Source: Nitrosopumilus sp. (GTDB lineage Archaea; Thermoproteota; Nitrososphaeria; Nitrososphaerales; Nitrosopumilaceae). Taken from it: DNA of 64,000 nucleotides. The notes beneath the pieces are model-generated. The model did not search any database. It had not been told where the DNA came from and was given only the letters and a program-made list of their open reading frames with translations. Shown piece after piece: positions 20,542 through 29,729 of the stretch. Position numbers and translations under genes: made by a program. How positions within the stretch are numbered: position 1 is the first letter of the stretch; each line of letters opens with the position of its first letter. Where the stretch lies: NCBI GenBank assembly GCA_965224195.1, contig OZ245040.1, positions 256,001 to 320,000 on the forward strand. Direction: 5' to 3'.

Positions 20542-21189
20542 CTAATCTTTCTTGCCAAATCCTAACATTTCTACCAAGTCTAATTGTTTGGTATTCTTTT
20601 TTTTCATGAAACATCTTTCATAATACTGACAATCAGAGCACTCAGTTGATGGCTCTAAAATAGGAGTTTTTTGCTCTTTTAGAAGATCATTTAGAACTCT
20701 AACCCTTCGAATAATTTCCTCAAACATTTTTTTGTTTCGTGAAATTGAAAATGATGTCTCTTTTTTATCTCCTGTTAAGTATATGATAATCCCATCTGGT
20801 TTATCATAAATCCACATGCATGCATTCAGATAAAGAACATCGTTTGCTAAGGGGTTTTCTAACTCTGTTGTTGCTCCTCTGAATAAGAATATAGAGTCAT
20901 CAATTAACATGTCAACTTGGCCTTTTAGTCTGATATCCTCTATGTCAAAGTCCTTTGGATCACTTCCATATTGTAATTTTCTAAGTAACCCTGAAAGAAG
21001 TTCATTGAATCCTTTTCTCTGAATTTCTTGTGGATCAATTCTATCATAATATGATCTTCTTAGGCATTGTACTACTTCATGTAGATGTATAGTCTGAATA
21101 TCTGCTGAATCAGTTTCAATTTCTAACTCTTTCCCAATGGAGTTTATTGCATTTTCAATAATACCTCGAAAATCTCTATCTCCCATCAT
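20542..21189 (-). CDS. cas4: Solo Cas4-family nuclease
   Basis: N-terminal C-x-R (QCLRRSYY), LKGQVD, C-terminal CSDCQYYERC Fe-S ligands; no CRISPR array in window. Confidence 0.8.
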   Translation of the reverse strand: MMGDRDFRGIIENAINSIGKELEIETDSADIQTIHLHEVVQCLRRSYYDRIDPQEIQRKGFNELLSGLLRKLQYGSDPKDFDIEDIRLKGQVDMLIDDSIFLFRGATTELENPLANDVLYLNACMWIYDKPDGIIIYLTGDKKETSFSISRNKKMFEEIIRRVRVLNDLLKEQKTPILEPSTECSDCQYYERCFMKKKNTKQLDLVEMLGFGKKD

Positions 21190-21222
21190 GATACATCATT
21201 CACATTTTTTGACTTCTTATAC

Positions 21223-21459
21223 TTAGCTCAAAAGTTTGGTTATCACTTTTGAAATCTTTCTTGAGAAGGCTAGTATGACAAAATGAAGGCCAAAGCCGAT
21301 GACTGCTCCAATAATGAGTTCACCTGTTAGAAAATAAATTCCTAGGAATACTGCTAATGGGGGTAAGGCAAAAATCATGGCTAAAAATGAGCTAACCCAG
21401 ATAAATTTGATTAATAATTCTGTAGAAATTTCGGTTTTTTTCTTTTTAAAATTAAACAT
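21223..21459 (-). CDS. Small two-TM hypothetical protein
   Basis: 78 aa hydrophobic ORF downstream of atpC. Confidence 0.7.
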   Translation of the reverse strand: MFNFKKKKTEISTELLIKFIWVSSFLAMIFALPPLAVFLGIYFLTGELIIGAVIGFGLHFVILAFSRKISKVITKLLS

Positions 21460-21469
21460 TTCAAAAATC

Positions 21470-22516
21470 CTATTCTTGTTCTAGGATTAGCTTTGACATT
21501 GTAGTCTCAGTTGGAATCTTTTGTTCAATAGCAAAAGCGATTGCTGCTAAATTTCTAATTTCAAATGAGGTTAATTTTGTAATTCCAACAATTGTTGCAA
21601 AGCTAAACATTTGTGTGAATGATCTAAGTGATGAAGTGTATATTGACAATTCAAAGGCTCTTTCAAATTCAGCAATTGCGTCTAACTCATTTTCAACCTG
21701 TGGAACTAAATCTTTGTATTTTGTACTTGATAATTCATTAAATGCATCTCTAACTGAAGCTGCTGCCATCATTCTTCCAAGTAATTCTTTAGCTGGTGGG
21801 CTGGTGCTAATTATCAAATCTTGAATTTGTTCTTCTTGTAATCCCCAGAATTTTCCTCGAATCACACTTAGAATATTGTAAAAGTCAATATCCATTGAAA
21901 CAATTTTTGTAGCTGCTTTATCAGCATAATTTGTCATTGCTCCGGCTAGATGTTGAAATAAAATTTTATCAAAATATGTGTCAAATATTTGCAAATTTTT
22001 CTTTTCATTGTATAATGTAGCAGCCTTTGCTATTTCATCTGCAAATTCAACTGAATTCAAACTTGCAACTGCTTCTTCAAAATCTTTGGCAACTAATGCC
22101 TTAACAATAACATCTCTTTGTTTGATTAATTCTTCTGCATGAAGATTAACATGAGATTCAATCTCCTCTTGAGGTTTTCCTAAGATTTTGCCTTTTAAAA
22201 TTAATTTTAGATTTGAAACAATGAATTTCATATAGTATGCATCTAGTACTCCAGAATTTCCCGAAGTTTTTGCAATAGAATAATGAATATCTGCCAATTT
22301 ACTTCTTAGTGCTGATTCAATATTTTGTGAAGAATATGGTTTTTGGACATCTGCTACAGCTTCAGCATATACGGTATTTTTGATTCTAGTCATTAATTCC
22401 TCCAAATCTCTAGATTCTGCTAGGGTTTGAAAATCTCCTCTTGTGAGTAATTTACCTCGTTTACTGTATGCTTTTACTGAGGCATAGACATTCTTAGAAC
22501 CGCCCATTTCGATCAA
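21470..22516 (-). CDS. atpC: A/V-type ATP synthase subunit C
   Basis: YASVKAYSKRGKLL, DIDFYNILSVIRGK, EIRNLAAIA. Confidence 0.9.
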   Translation of the reverse strand: MIEMGGSKNVYASVKAYSKRGKLLTRGDFQTLAESRDLEELMTRIKNTVYAEAVADVQKPYSSQNIESALRSKLADIHYSIAKTSGNSGVLDAYYMKFIVSNLKLILKGKILGKPQEEIESHVNLHAEELIKQRDVIVKALVAKDFEEAVASLNSVEFADEIAKAATLYNEKKNLQIFDTYFDKILFQHLAGAMTNYADKAATKIVSMDIDFYNILSVIRGKFWGLQEEQIQDLIISTSPPAKELLGRMMAAASVRDAFNELSSTKYKDLVPQVENELDAIAEFERAFELSIYTSSLRSFTQMFSFATIVGITKLTSFEIRNLAAIAFAIEQKIPTETTMSKLILEQE

Positions 22517-22570
22517 TCTTCTTTAGGTAACTGATTTTAATGTTTGGCGATCTGTTCTTGAGAACAAATT

Positions 22571-23239
22571 CTACGTTATTTTCTCTAAAAATTTTAATGC
22601 CTCATCTTTTTCCTGTTTTGATAGTTTAACAAAGGCAGAAAGAATTTCTTTTTGAATTATCAAAGATTCATCAGAAATATCTTGTAATTTTGATAGATCA
22701 AAAGGCAATAATTTTTCAATTTTATTTTCACAAAAAGCCTTGACATATTTTTGAAAAATTGAATATGTGAAAATGGGACTTGTCTTTACCAGACTTACTA
22801 AGATTTTTTCAAATTCTTTTTCTATAGGATCGGACTTTGAGAAAAACTCGATCAATAAATTTTCTCTATTTTTACATTCGTTGATTGATAGTGCAACCAA
22901 AATTCCTTTTTTTGTTAAGTGATAATATGGAATTCCCTTTTCTTGAAGGGCTTTTGGACCTCGTTTCAAAGGTAATCTACCATCTTCTTCTGCAATACCT
23001 ATAGGAAGCAAGATTTCATCTAGATCTCGAAATATTCCTGAGTAAATATTCTTCCATGCAATATCTGCTTTTTTTGCTATTCTTTGAGATATTCCGGTTC
23101 TAGTTCTTTCTGCAGGATTTGCACTACTTCCAAGTATGGCGATGATCGCTCTTTGTCTATTTGCTTCTCCAGTTAGATCATTACCTTTTGTCTTGAACGT
23201 GTCAAAAATTGCTAATTTTGTCTTGCATTTGACCTTCAT
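22571..23239 (-). CDS. Thaumarchaeal hypothetical protein, possible winged-helix regulator
   Basis: Helical N-terminus followed by wing-like PYYHLTKKG. Confidence 0.6.
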   Translation of the reverse strand: MKVKCKTKLAIFDTFKTKGNDLTGEANRQRAIIAILGSSANPAERTRTGISQRIAKKADIAWKNIYSGIFRDLDEILLPIGIAEEDGRLPLKRGPKALQEKGIPYYHLTKKGILVALSINECKNRENLLIEFFSKSDPIEKEFEKILVSLVKTSPIFTYSIFQKYVKAFCENKIEKLLPFDLSKLQDISDESLIIQKEILSAFVKLSKQEKDEALKFLEKIT

Positions 23240-23337
23240 TTACTCACCGTTATCATAATATTCATTTTTTATGTTACTATCAGAATATACTAAAATATAA
23301 TAATTTACTTTTTTGTGTGTTTTCGGGTCTCCAATGC

Positions 23338-23345
23338 TTAAATAA
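23338..23345 (+). promoter_or_regulatory. TATA box of amt
   Basis: TTAAATAA ~22 nt upstream of ATG 23367. Confidence 0.5.
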
Positions 23346-23366
23346 TTTTCAATTTCGATAAATTTA

Positions 23367-24935
23367 ATGAATTCTAGGAACTACAAGTATGCTCTATTAC
23401 TTGTAGCCGCAGTATCTATCACAGCAGCAGGTGCTATGTCACAAGCATATGCACAAAGTGTTGATGATGGTATGGACGGATATGTCGCAGGAACCAGTGG
23501 AATTTACACTGGTAATCCTAACGAATGTTGGTATGATGGTGATGACGATGGCGTCCTGGATCTACCTTGTAAAATTGATACAGGTGATACAGCATGGATG
23601 CTTACAGCAACATCATTAGTACTCTTTATGTCCCCAGGTGTCGGCTTCTTTTATGGCGGTTTAGCCAGATCAAAGAACGTCGTCAATGTACTTGGTATGA
23701 CCTTAATCGTAATGGGTCTAATGTCAGTACAATGGGTTCTATGGGGTTACTCACTAGCATTTGGCGGAATTGATTCAGATGCAAATATGTTCATGGGAAA
23801 TCTCGATTATGCCGGATTTAACATGGTTTCAGCTTGGGCACCATTAGGTGAAGCAGGTCCGTGTGCAGACACATGGTCAGCAGCTTACCAGATGAATGCT
23901 ATGGTTGAAGGAGATGTTTGTAGTCAAGGTTGGCCTGGTACAGTACCTCACCAACTATTTGCAATGTTCCAAGCAACATTTGCAATAATTACACCAGTTC
24001 TAATTATTGGTGGATTAATTGACAGAATCAAATTCAGCGCATTAATCATATTCGTTCTCTTATGGGGAACCTTCGTTTATGATCCAATAGCACATTGGGT
24101 CTGGGGAGGCGGATACATAGGAGGAGGTGCAATAGACCTCGATCCAGACTTATCACCATCGTATGCACTTGACTTTGCAGGTGGTACTGTAGTACACATT
24201 TCTTCAGGATTTGCTGCATTGGCAGGAGCCTTAGTCCTTGGCAGAAGACTTGGATATGGCAAAGTGCCAATGGAACCACACAATATCCCAATGGTAGTCC
24301 TCGGAGCAGGAATACTCTGGTTTGGATGGTTTGGTTTCAACGCAGGAAGTGAAGTTATGGTAGACGGCATTACCGTCAGCGCATGGACTGTTACAAATAC
24401 AGCAACTGGTATGGCTGCAGTAACTTGGGTGCTCATGTCTTGGGCACATACAGGAAAACCAAGTATTGTTGGAGCTGCATCAGGAGCAGTAGCAGGATTG
24501 GTAGCAATCACACCCGCTTCAGGTTGGGTAGGTCCAATGGCTGCAATTATAATTGGAATTGCCGCTGGTACAGTTTGTTATGCAGCAATAGCATTCAAGA
24601 GTGCACGCAAATGGGACGACGCATTAGATGTATGGGGAATACACGGAATGGGTGGTCTTACAGGTGCAATTTTGACTGGTACATTAGCTAGCCCACACGT
24701 TTGGGATACTGGAGACGGTATCGGAGCATGGACTGGTACTGCAGAAGGAATGGAACAGCAAGCAATCAGCATCATTGGTGCTGCAATATCAGTAGGCTAT
24801 GCCTTTGGTGTTACAATTGTAATCCTTAAAGTAATGGATGCCGTATGGCCGGGTGGAATCAGAGTCACTCCAAAAGAAGAGGAGATTGGTCTCGATTTGG
24901 CACAGCATGGCGAAAGAGCATACGTAAACGAATAG
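23367..24935 (+). CDS. amt: Ammonium transporter
   Basis: DTGDTAW, FQATFAIIT, DFAGGTVVH, WFGWFGFNAGS, DDALDVWGIHG, EEEIGLD. Confidence 0.97.
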   Translation: MNSRNYKYALLLVAAVSITAAGAMSQAYAQSVDDGMDGYVAGTSGIYTGNPNECWYDGDDDGVLDLPCKIDTGDTAWMLTATSLVLFMSPGVGFFYGGLARSKNVVNVLGMTLIVMGLMSVQWVLWGYSLAFGGIDSDANMFMGNLDYAGFNMVSAWAPLGEAGPCADTWSAAYQMNAMVEGDVCSQGWPGTVPHQLFAMFQATFAIITPVLIIGGLIDRIKFSALIIFVLLWGTFVYDPIAHWVWGGGYIGGGAIDLDPDLSPSYALDFAGGTVVHISSGFAALAGALVLGRRLGYGKVPMEPHNIPMVVLGAGILWFGWFGFNAGSEVMVDGITVSAWTVTNTATGMAAVTWVLMSWAHTGKPSIVGAASGAVAGLVAITPASGWVGPMAAIIIGIAAGTVCYAAIAFKSARKWDDALDVWGIHGMGGLTGAILTGTLASPHVWDTGDGIGAWTGTAEGMEQQAISIIGAAISVGYAFGVTIVILKVMDAVWPGGIRVTPKEEEIGLDLAQHGERAYVNE

Positions 24936-24946
24936 AAAAAAAACCC

Positions 24947-24962
24947 TTTTTTTCTTCTTTTT
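24947..24962 (+). terminator. Oligo-T terminator after amt
   Basis: TTTTTTTCTTCTTTTT directly after the stop. Confidence 0.55.
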
Positions 24963-25006
24963 ATTTAAATCCAAATCAATTTAGTCCTGATCATTTTATT
25001 TCAATC

Positions 25007-25783
25007 ATGATAATCTCTACAACTGACCTTGATTCAATTCTAAATGATCCTAATATCATAATTGCTGATACTCGTTCTTTCAAAGAATATTCTGAAAGTC
25101 ACATCCCAGGATCTGTTCATCTGGATCTATTTGCATTTCATTGGATTGATACTACTCAAGAAGGAATTGAAAATTTCAATAATCAAACTCAAAACCTACT
25201 TTCATTTCTTGGGGTGACACCAGAGAAAAAAGTTATTTTTTATGATTCAGTTTCTGGGATGCTTGCAGCAAGAGGTGTTTGGATGCTGATGTATTTTTCA
25301 CATCAAAATGTCTTCATGCTTGATGGAGGAATTACAAAATGGAAAAAAGAAAATCTTTCTCTTGAGACAAAACCAAATGCTTTCAAGCCCTCTAAATTTT
25401 CAGGGAAAATCAATCCAAATGTTATTTCAGGATTTGAAAACATTAGAGATAATCTGGATAATTTGAATATCCTTGATGCTCGTTCACCTGGAGAATATGA
25501 TGGAAGTGTAATTCGAGCTGCACATTCTGGTCATATACCAAATTCTATCAATATTGATTGGAATCAAAATCTCAATGAAGATGGCACTTTCAAAAATGAT
25601 GAAGAACTATCTAAAATGTATAGTATTTCAAAAGATTCTGAAATTATTACTTATTGTCAGGGGGCATATAGGGCTGCTAATTCTTTTCTAGTTTTGAAAA
25701 AATTAGGATTCAAAAATGTTCGAGTTTATCTTGGCTCTTGGGGTGAATGGGGAAATAAACTAGAACTTCCTGTGGAAAAGTAG
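25007..25783 (+). CDS. Rhodanese-family sulfurtransferase (tandem domain)
   Basis: HIPGSV, LDGG, GHIPNS, YCQGAYRA, YLGSWGEW; start at MIIST. Confidence 0.92.
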   Translation: MIISTTDLDSILNDPNIIIADTRSFKEYSESHIPGSVHLDLFAFHWIDTTQEGIENFNNQTQNLLSFLGVTPEKKVIFYDSVSGMLAARGVWMLMYFSHQNVFMLDGGITKWKKENLSLETKPNAFKPSKFSGKINPNVISGFENIRDNLDNLNILDARSPGEYDGSVIRAAHSGHIPNSINIDWNQNLNEDGTFKNDEELSKMYSISKDSEIITYCQGAYRAANSFLVLKKLGFKNVRVYLGSWGEWGNKLELPVEK

Positions 25784-25903
25784 ATCTCGCTTAGGCACAG
25801 TTTAGGTGTAAAAAGAGATTTTAAAATCAAATACTGTGTTGGTAATTAGATATCGTTTTGGTAACTAGCTATTATAAATATATTTTTTATATTAACTTAC
25901 TTT

Positions 25904-26101
25904 ATGATAGCTACTACAAAAATAGACATGTGTAGAAAATGTGGAGAACGATTACAAGTGATGAATACTTGTAATCATTGTAATCAACCATTACATTTTG
26001 AGTGTAATAATTGTAATTCGTTTGTAGATAATCCAATTCATCAACATGAATTTCTTACATCCCAATCATTTCTCCAGCATTATGGGGTTAATGGAAACTA
26101 A
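25904..26101 (+). CDS. Small zinc-ribbon protein
   Basis: CRKC, CNHC, CNNC and HQH in 65 aa. Confidence 0.7.
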   Translation: MIATTKIDMCRKCGERLQVMNTCNHCNQPLHFECNNCNSFVDNPIHQHEFLTSQSFLQHYGVNGN

Positions 26102-26115
26102 AAGGAGGTGATAAA

Positions 26116-26301
26116 ATGGCGTTATACGGAATTTATGGCAGACATGAAATTGATACTTGTCCTTGGAATAATAAAGAAAATGCAAAGCGAGTAATCCAAA
26201 TTGTAAACAGTGACATGTCTCAAATATTGCCACAGTACAAAATCAATAAGATCATTGGTCAGTACCATTCAGGAAATGATTCAGATCATTTTTTAAAATG
26301 A
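26116..26301 (+). pseudogene. Probably truncated gene at the left island junction
   Basis: GGAGGTG RBS; MALYGIYGRHEIDTCP...GQYHS then stops 9 codons later as sequence character changes. Confidence 0.5.
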
Positions 26302-26336
26302 AGAGAATCAAAAGTCACGGCTCTCATCATCGCCTT

Positions 26337-26477
26337 CTATTTTTTCTCCTTGAGATATGTTCCGCACAGGCCGCATCTTGGTATCTTCATCCCACTTGCA
26401 AATTCACGGCCACATGAACATTTCACAATTCTTAGCTTGCCTTTTTCCTTATACTCTGCTGGTAATCCTGGAACCAT
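26337..26477 (-). CDS. 46-aa zinc-ribbon protein, virus-like
   Basis: Manual translation MVPGLPAEYKEKGKLRIVKCSCGREFASGMKIPRCGLCGTYLKEKK. Confidence 0.65.
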   Translation of the reverse strand: MVPGLPAEYKEKGKLRIVKCSCGREFASGMKIPRCGLCGTYLKEKK

Positions 26478-26505
26478 ATTACACATAAAACCATTTAATA
26501 TTTAA

Positions 26506-26526
26506 GTATAGTGTAATACACTATAC
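26506..26526. promoter_or_regulatory. Perfect palindrome, putative operator between divergent genes
   Basis: GTATAGTGTA-A-TACACTATAC. Confidence 0.6.
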
Positions 26527-26549
26527 ATTAATATGCAGGATGGTTCAGT

Positions 26550-27248
26550 ATGCTATACATGAATCAAATACAAATTCAAGAGGAAAAAATAATTTGCCAC
26601 GATGAGAATGATTTTAGATATTATTCTCATGATGATTCAATCTATGTATCAGCTACAACACTGCTCAATGAGATGCAAGACAAATCCTGGATGAAATATG
26701 TGAATCTGTCGCAAGAAGCTTTGTTGGACAGACGAAACAATGCGGCAAAAATTGGAACAGCAGTACATCAAGCTCTCTATGAAAAACTTTCAGGACTAAA
26801 TGTGACAAAGCTGGATCTGATTGCATCAGCACATGTATCACAGATTTCAGAACATCTCAATAAAATATCCGATGTTCGGGGACTGGACGAAATTATGAAA
26901 TCTGACACCCTCAAAGTGGCCGGAACTGCAGATGTTATTGCAACATATGATGGCGTCTCATCGGTGATAGATTTCAAGACGACACGAAAACCTCGTTACG
27001 GCAAACGACGAGATGTGTGGTATTTGCAAGCTGCAATGTATGCCTTTATGCATTATGAGCAGACAAATTTTATTGCAAATCAAATCGTCATCATAGAGTC
27101 ATGTGAAGACGGAAAATGCCGCATACACAAGGTAAAGTTTACAGACTATGCAGATGAGATGCTTGAGACAATTCAGATGTTCTACTTGCCTGAATTCATT
27201 GGAAATTCGCCAACAAAATATCTCGAGTTTTTGAGGAGGATGCAATAG
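26550..27248 (+). CDS. Virus-type PD-(D/E)XK exonuclease
   Basis: SATTLL, GTAVH, VAGTADVI, VIDFKT, YLQAAMY. Confidence 0.85.
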   Translation: MLYMNQIQIQEEKIICHDENDFRYYSHDDSIYVSATTLLNEMQDKSWMKYVNLSQEALLDRRNNAAKIGTAVHQALYEKLSGLNVTKLDLIASAHVSQISEHLNKISDVRGLDEIMKSDTLKVAGTADVIATYDGVSSVIDFKTTRKPRYGKRRDVWYLQAAMYAFMHYEQTNFIANQIVIIESCEDGKCRIHKVKFTDYADEMLETIQMFYLPEFIGNSPTKYLEFLRRMQ

Positions 27249-27249
27249 G

Positions 27250-27597
27250 ATGTCTGTCATATCTATGGCCTCAAGGTTTGATAGCACATGCAAGGTCTGC
27301 AATGTACAAATCAGAGCCGGTGATGCCATATACAAGGTAAATGAGCATTGGTGTAAAAATCAAAACTGTGGCAAGTCTGACAACCAAGTTCACATGGAGA
27401 AAAGACAACTTGATCTTGAGAATAAAACGCCGCTTGGCGACTTGTATTCTGAGATGTGCAGTGTCATTGATGCAAAGGCTGTGCTCTTGTATAAAATTAA
27501 TCAGAGAGTCTTGCATGCTCTCAAGAGATATGACGAGGCTCCAAACCCTGCAATGGTTGGGCAGTTTACAAAAATCATATATGACAAGCTAGGATGA
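27250..27597 (+). CDS. Virus-like zinc-binding hypothetical protein
   Basis: SRFDSTCKVC...IRAGDAI...WCKNQNC; abuts the exonuclease gene. Confidence 0.7.
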   Translation: MSVISMASRFDSTCKVCNVQIRAGDAIYKVNEHWCKNQNCGKSDNQVHMEKRQLDLENKTPLGDLYSEMCSVIDAKAVLLYKINQRVLHALKRYDEAPNPAMVGQFTKIIYDKLG

Positions 27598-27761
27598 TTG
27601 GTGATTTTAGCTTGTTTTATCATTCTGCATATGTCTTGATCTCACTGATATGACACGAATTAAATAAAAAACATCACAACATATCATTAATTTTATTATG
27701 ATGTATCTTTGATGTGTCAGACTAGCACAATACAGATATAATCACGCAGTAATAAAACCAC

Positions 27762-28451
27762 ATGGCACTGCTTTATGTTTTTATGGCATTGCTAATTTTA
27801 TCCAGTTTTATTCCGTTATCTTACTCTGAAGATATCAAGGGATATAATCATGATTCTAAAATACACATACAGATTCAAGGCGATACAACATCAGGCAAGA
27901 TAACACACAAGGATGTCCAGTATTCATGGGATGACATAAAGGTAATTTATAAAAATCAAAAGCTGTACATATTTGATAATGATATAAAAATTCTGGCAAA
28001 ACAAGTAACAGATTACAAGTATCTAATAATTGCAAAGCTTGCAGATGATGATGTTAGATTGAGGTTTTTGTCTGATGTATCAGAGCCTGCAAAAAACACT
28101 GCGCAGCGCAATCTGTTGGATGAAATGAATCAAAAAACTTTAGAGTCCAAGTCTGAACATGACATGACTTTTAAAGAAAAACAATTGCTAGAAAAGGAGA
28201 AAAAAATAGCAGAGGCAAAAAAGATATCAGATGACAGACTGGAAAGACTTGCAGAGCAAAATACAAAGAATATGAATGGTAAAACATCTCATAGCATTAT
28301 AGAGGATTGGAAGGAATCACAAAAACAGACGGGTATGAAATTGATAACTGATGATTCTAAAAAGACGGTAAAGCAGGATTCAAAAAAAGATGCCAAAAAG
28401 ATTATTCTAACTGAAGCCATTGCAACAAGTGACAGTGCAGCAGTCAATTAG
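27762..28451 (+). CDS. Secreted hypothetical protein (possibly truncated or chimeric)
   Basis: Signal peptide, charged C-terminal half. Confidence 0.6.
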   Translation: MALLYVFMALLILSSFIPLSYSEDIKGYNHDSKIHIQIQGDTTSGKITHKDVQYSWDDIKVIYKNQKLYIFDNDIKILAKQVTDYKYLIIAKLADDDVRLRFLSDVSEPAKNTAQRNLLDEMNQKTLESKSEHDMTFKEKQLLEKEKKIAEAKKISDDRLERLAEQNTKNMNGKTSHSIIEDWKESQKQTGMKLITDDSKKTVKQDSKKDAKKIILTEAIATSDSAAVN

Positions 28452-28512
28452 CTAATGGCTCCAGCTGGAGTCAGATGAGTTTGTACGACACCAAGATGAT
28501 ATTAGCAGCGTA

Positions 28513-28770
28513 ATGACCAGAGTAAATTCAAACTATGATAGTATGATATTTCATGAGAAGGACCGTGCATTACAGCATGCAAAAGATATGTATGGCAGTA
28601 TATATGACAGGCCGTCCTCTGATCTGGCAGAGCCTGTAACCATATGGATTGTGCCCTCATCAACAAACAAGCTGCAAAACCCGGAGATACTTGATACAAT
28701 GAAATTGGAGGAAGCAAAGGCAATGAGCTATTTACAGCATATGGTACGTGCTGATGTGTTACGTGAATAA
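28513..28770 (+). CDS. Hypothetical protein
   Basis: 85-aa ORF only. Confidence 0.4.
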   Translation: MTRVNSNYDSMIFHEKDRALQHAKDMYGSIYDRPSSDLAEPVTIWIVPSSTNKLQNPEILDTMKLEEAKAMSYLQHMVRADVLRE

Positions 28771-28779
28771 TATCCCGTA

Positions 28780-29229
28780 TTTTTTGAATCAGCATACAGT
28801 TTGACAGGAATTGGAATTACACATTTCACTGCAGACTCTATTTTTGCAATGTCTCTACACACTGTTGATGAATCAACTCTAAACAGATATTCCAGTAAAT
28901 CATAGCTTGTATAGCAACGATAGTAAATTAGCAACATCAGAATCCTATCCCTTGCTGAAAGTTTGAATGGTCTTCCAGCTCCAATGTTTCTTTTTCTGTC
29001 TTTTTTTGAGAGTCTTTTTCTCTCTGTAATCTTGTATTGTTTCTGTATCTCTTTTGTCAAAAAATCAAATTGTGTTGCAGTTATTCCTGTAAATCTCAGG
29101 AATTGTTTTGGTTTTCTTGCTAGTTTTGTATAATTTGGCATGAAATGAAATGGTTTGTACTTAGCTTTGGATCTTGTTGTGAGTGAATTTGGACTGTTCT
29201 ATCAGATTTAGTTAATTATGCAAGAGGTC
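28780..29229 (-). mobile_element. IS5-family element, left end + 5' half of transposase (start 29141)
   Basis: FLRFTGIT..QFDFL, GAGRPFKLS, LFRVDSSTVCR HTH; terminal IR GACCTCTTGCATAATTA at 29213-29229 flanked by TA. Confidence 0.9.
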
Positions 29230-29245
29230 TAATAAAAAAAGGAAT

Positions 29246-29479
29246 CTATTCTTGCTCCAACCACAATAACCAATAATCCTCAATTGAAGCTGCAAATCCA
29301 GACGTCATCGTAGTTTGATCTTCAGGTGAAATATATGATGCAGTAACCTCTGCACCTCCAAAACTCGCAGTGAAATCATTTAATGGTAAATTACTAAAAT
29401 CTGCGCCAGATGATAATATCATGACAACTCCAACTACAATAATAGCCAAACCTATTCCAATAATTATATTATTTGACAT
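29246..29479 (-). CDS. Small membrane-anchored hypothetical protein (possibly a fragment)
   Basis: N-terminal TM segment, 77 aa. Confidence 0.5.
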   Translation of the reverse strand: MSNNIIIGIGLAIIVVGVVMILSSGADFSNLPLNDFTASFGGAEVTASYISPEDQTTMTSGFAASIEDYWLLWLEQE

Positions 29480-29729
29480 GGTTACAAATAATTTTTCAAA
29501 TTAATTAGAATAATCAATGATTTTTTTCACGTTAAAGCTAATGATCGGTCAAATTATCTCTTTAGCGATCAAATACTTTAAGAAGGGATAAGGCGATGAA
29601 TGTACCTAACAACATGAACATTAAACCATGCTATGTACTTTTTAGTTAATTTTAGAAAAATTTTGTTAAACAACACTAATTTTGTCAGATTACAGATCAT
29701 TTATGAAATAGGGCATTATTTTATGAATA

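Noticed and set aside
20373-20558. 61-aa minus-strand ORF
   Set aside because: Antisense shadow of the microprotein, which has the promoter and TM signature.
20300-21220. CRISPR array near cas4
   Set aside because: No repeat-spacer periodicity seen here or elsewhere in the window; the GC-rich patch is the 36-aa ORF.
23431-24974. Multiple overlapping ORFs within amt
   Set aside because: Expected shadow frames of a GC-richer, codon-biased gene.
24845-25006. N-terminal extension of the rhodanese ORF
   Set aside because: Overlaps the amt end and its terminator; the domain begins at ATG 25007.
26268-26276. TTCAGGAAA shared between the left island junction and the IS interior near 32390
   Set aside because: Only 9 bp in AT-rich DNA; insufficient to call an att site.
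27671-27715. Imperfect ACATCA...TGATGT inverted repeat
   Set aside because: Short, interrupted and AT-rich; cannot be distinguished from chance by eye.
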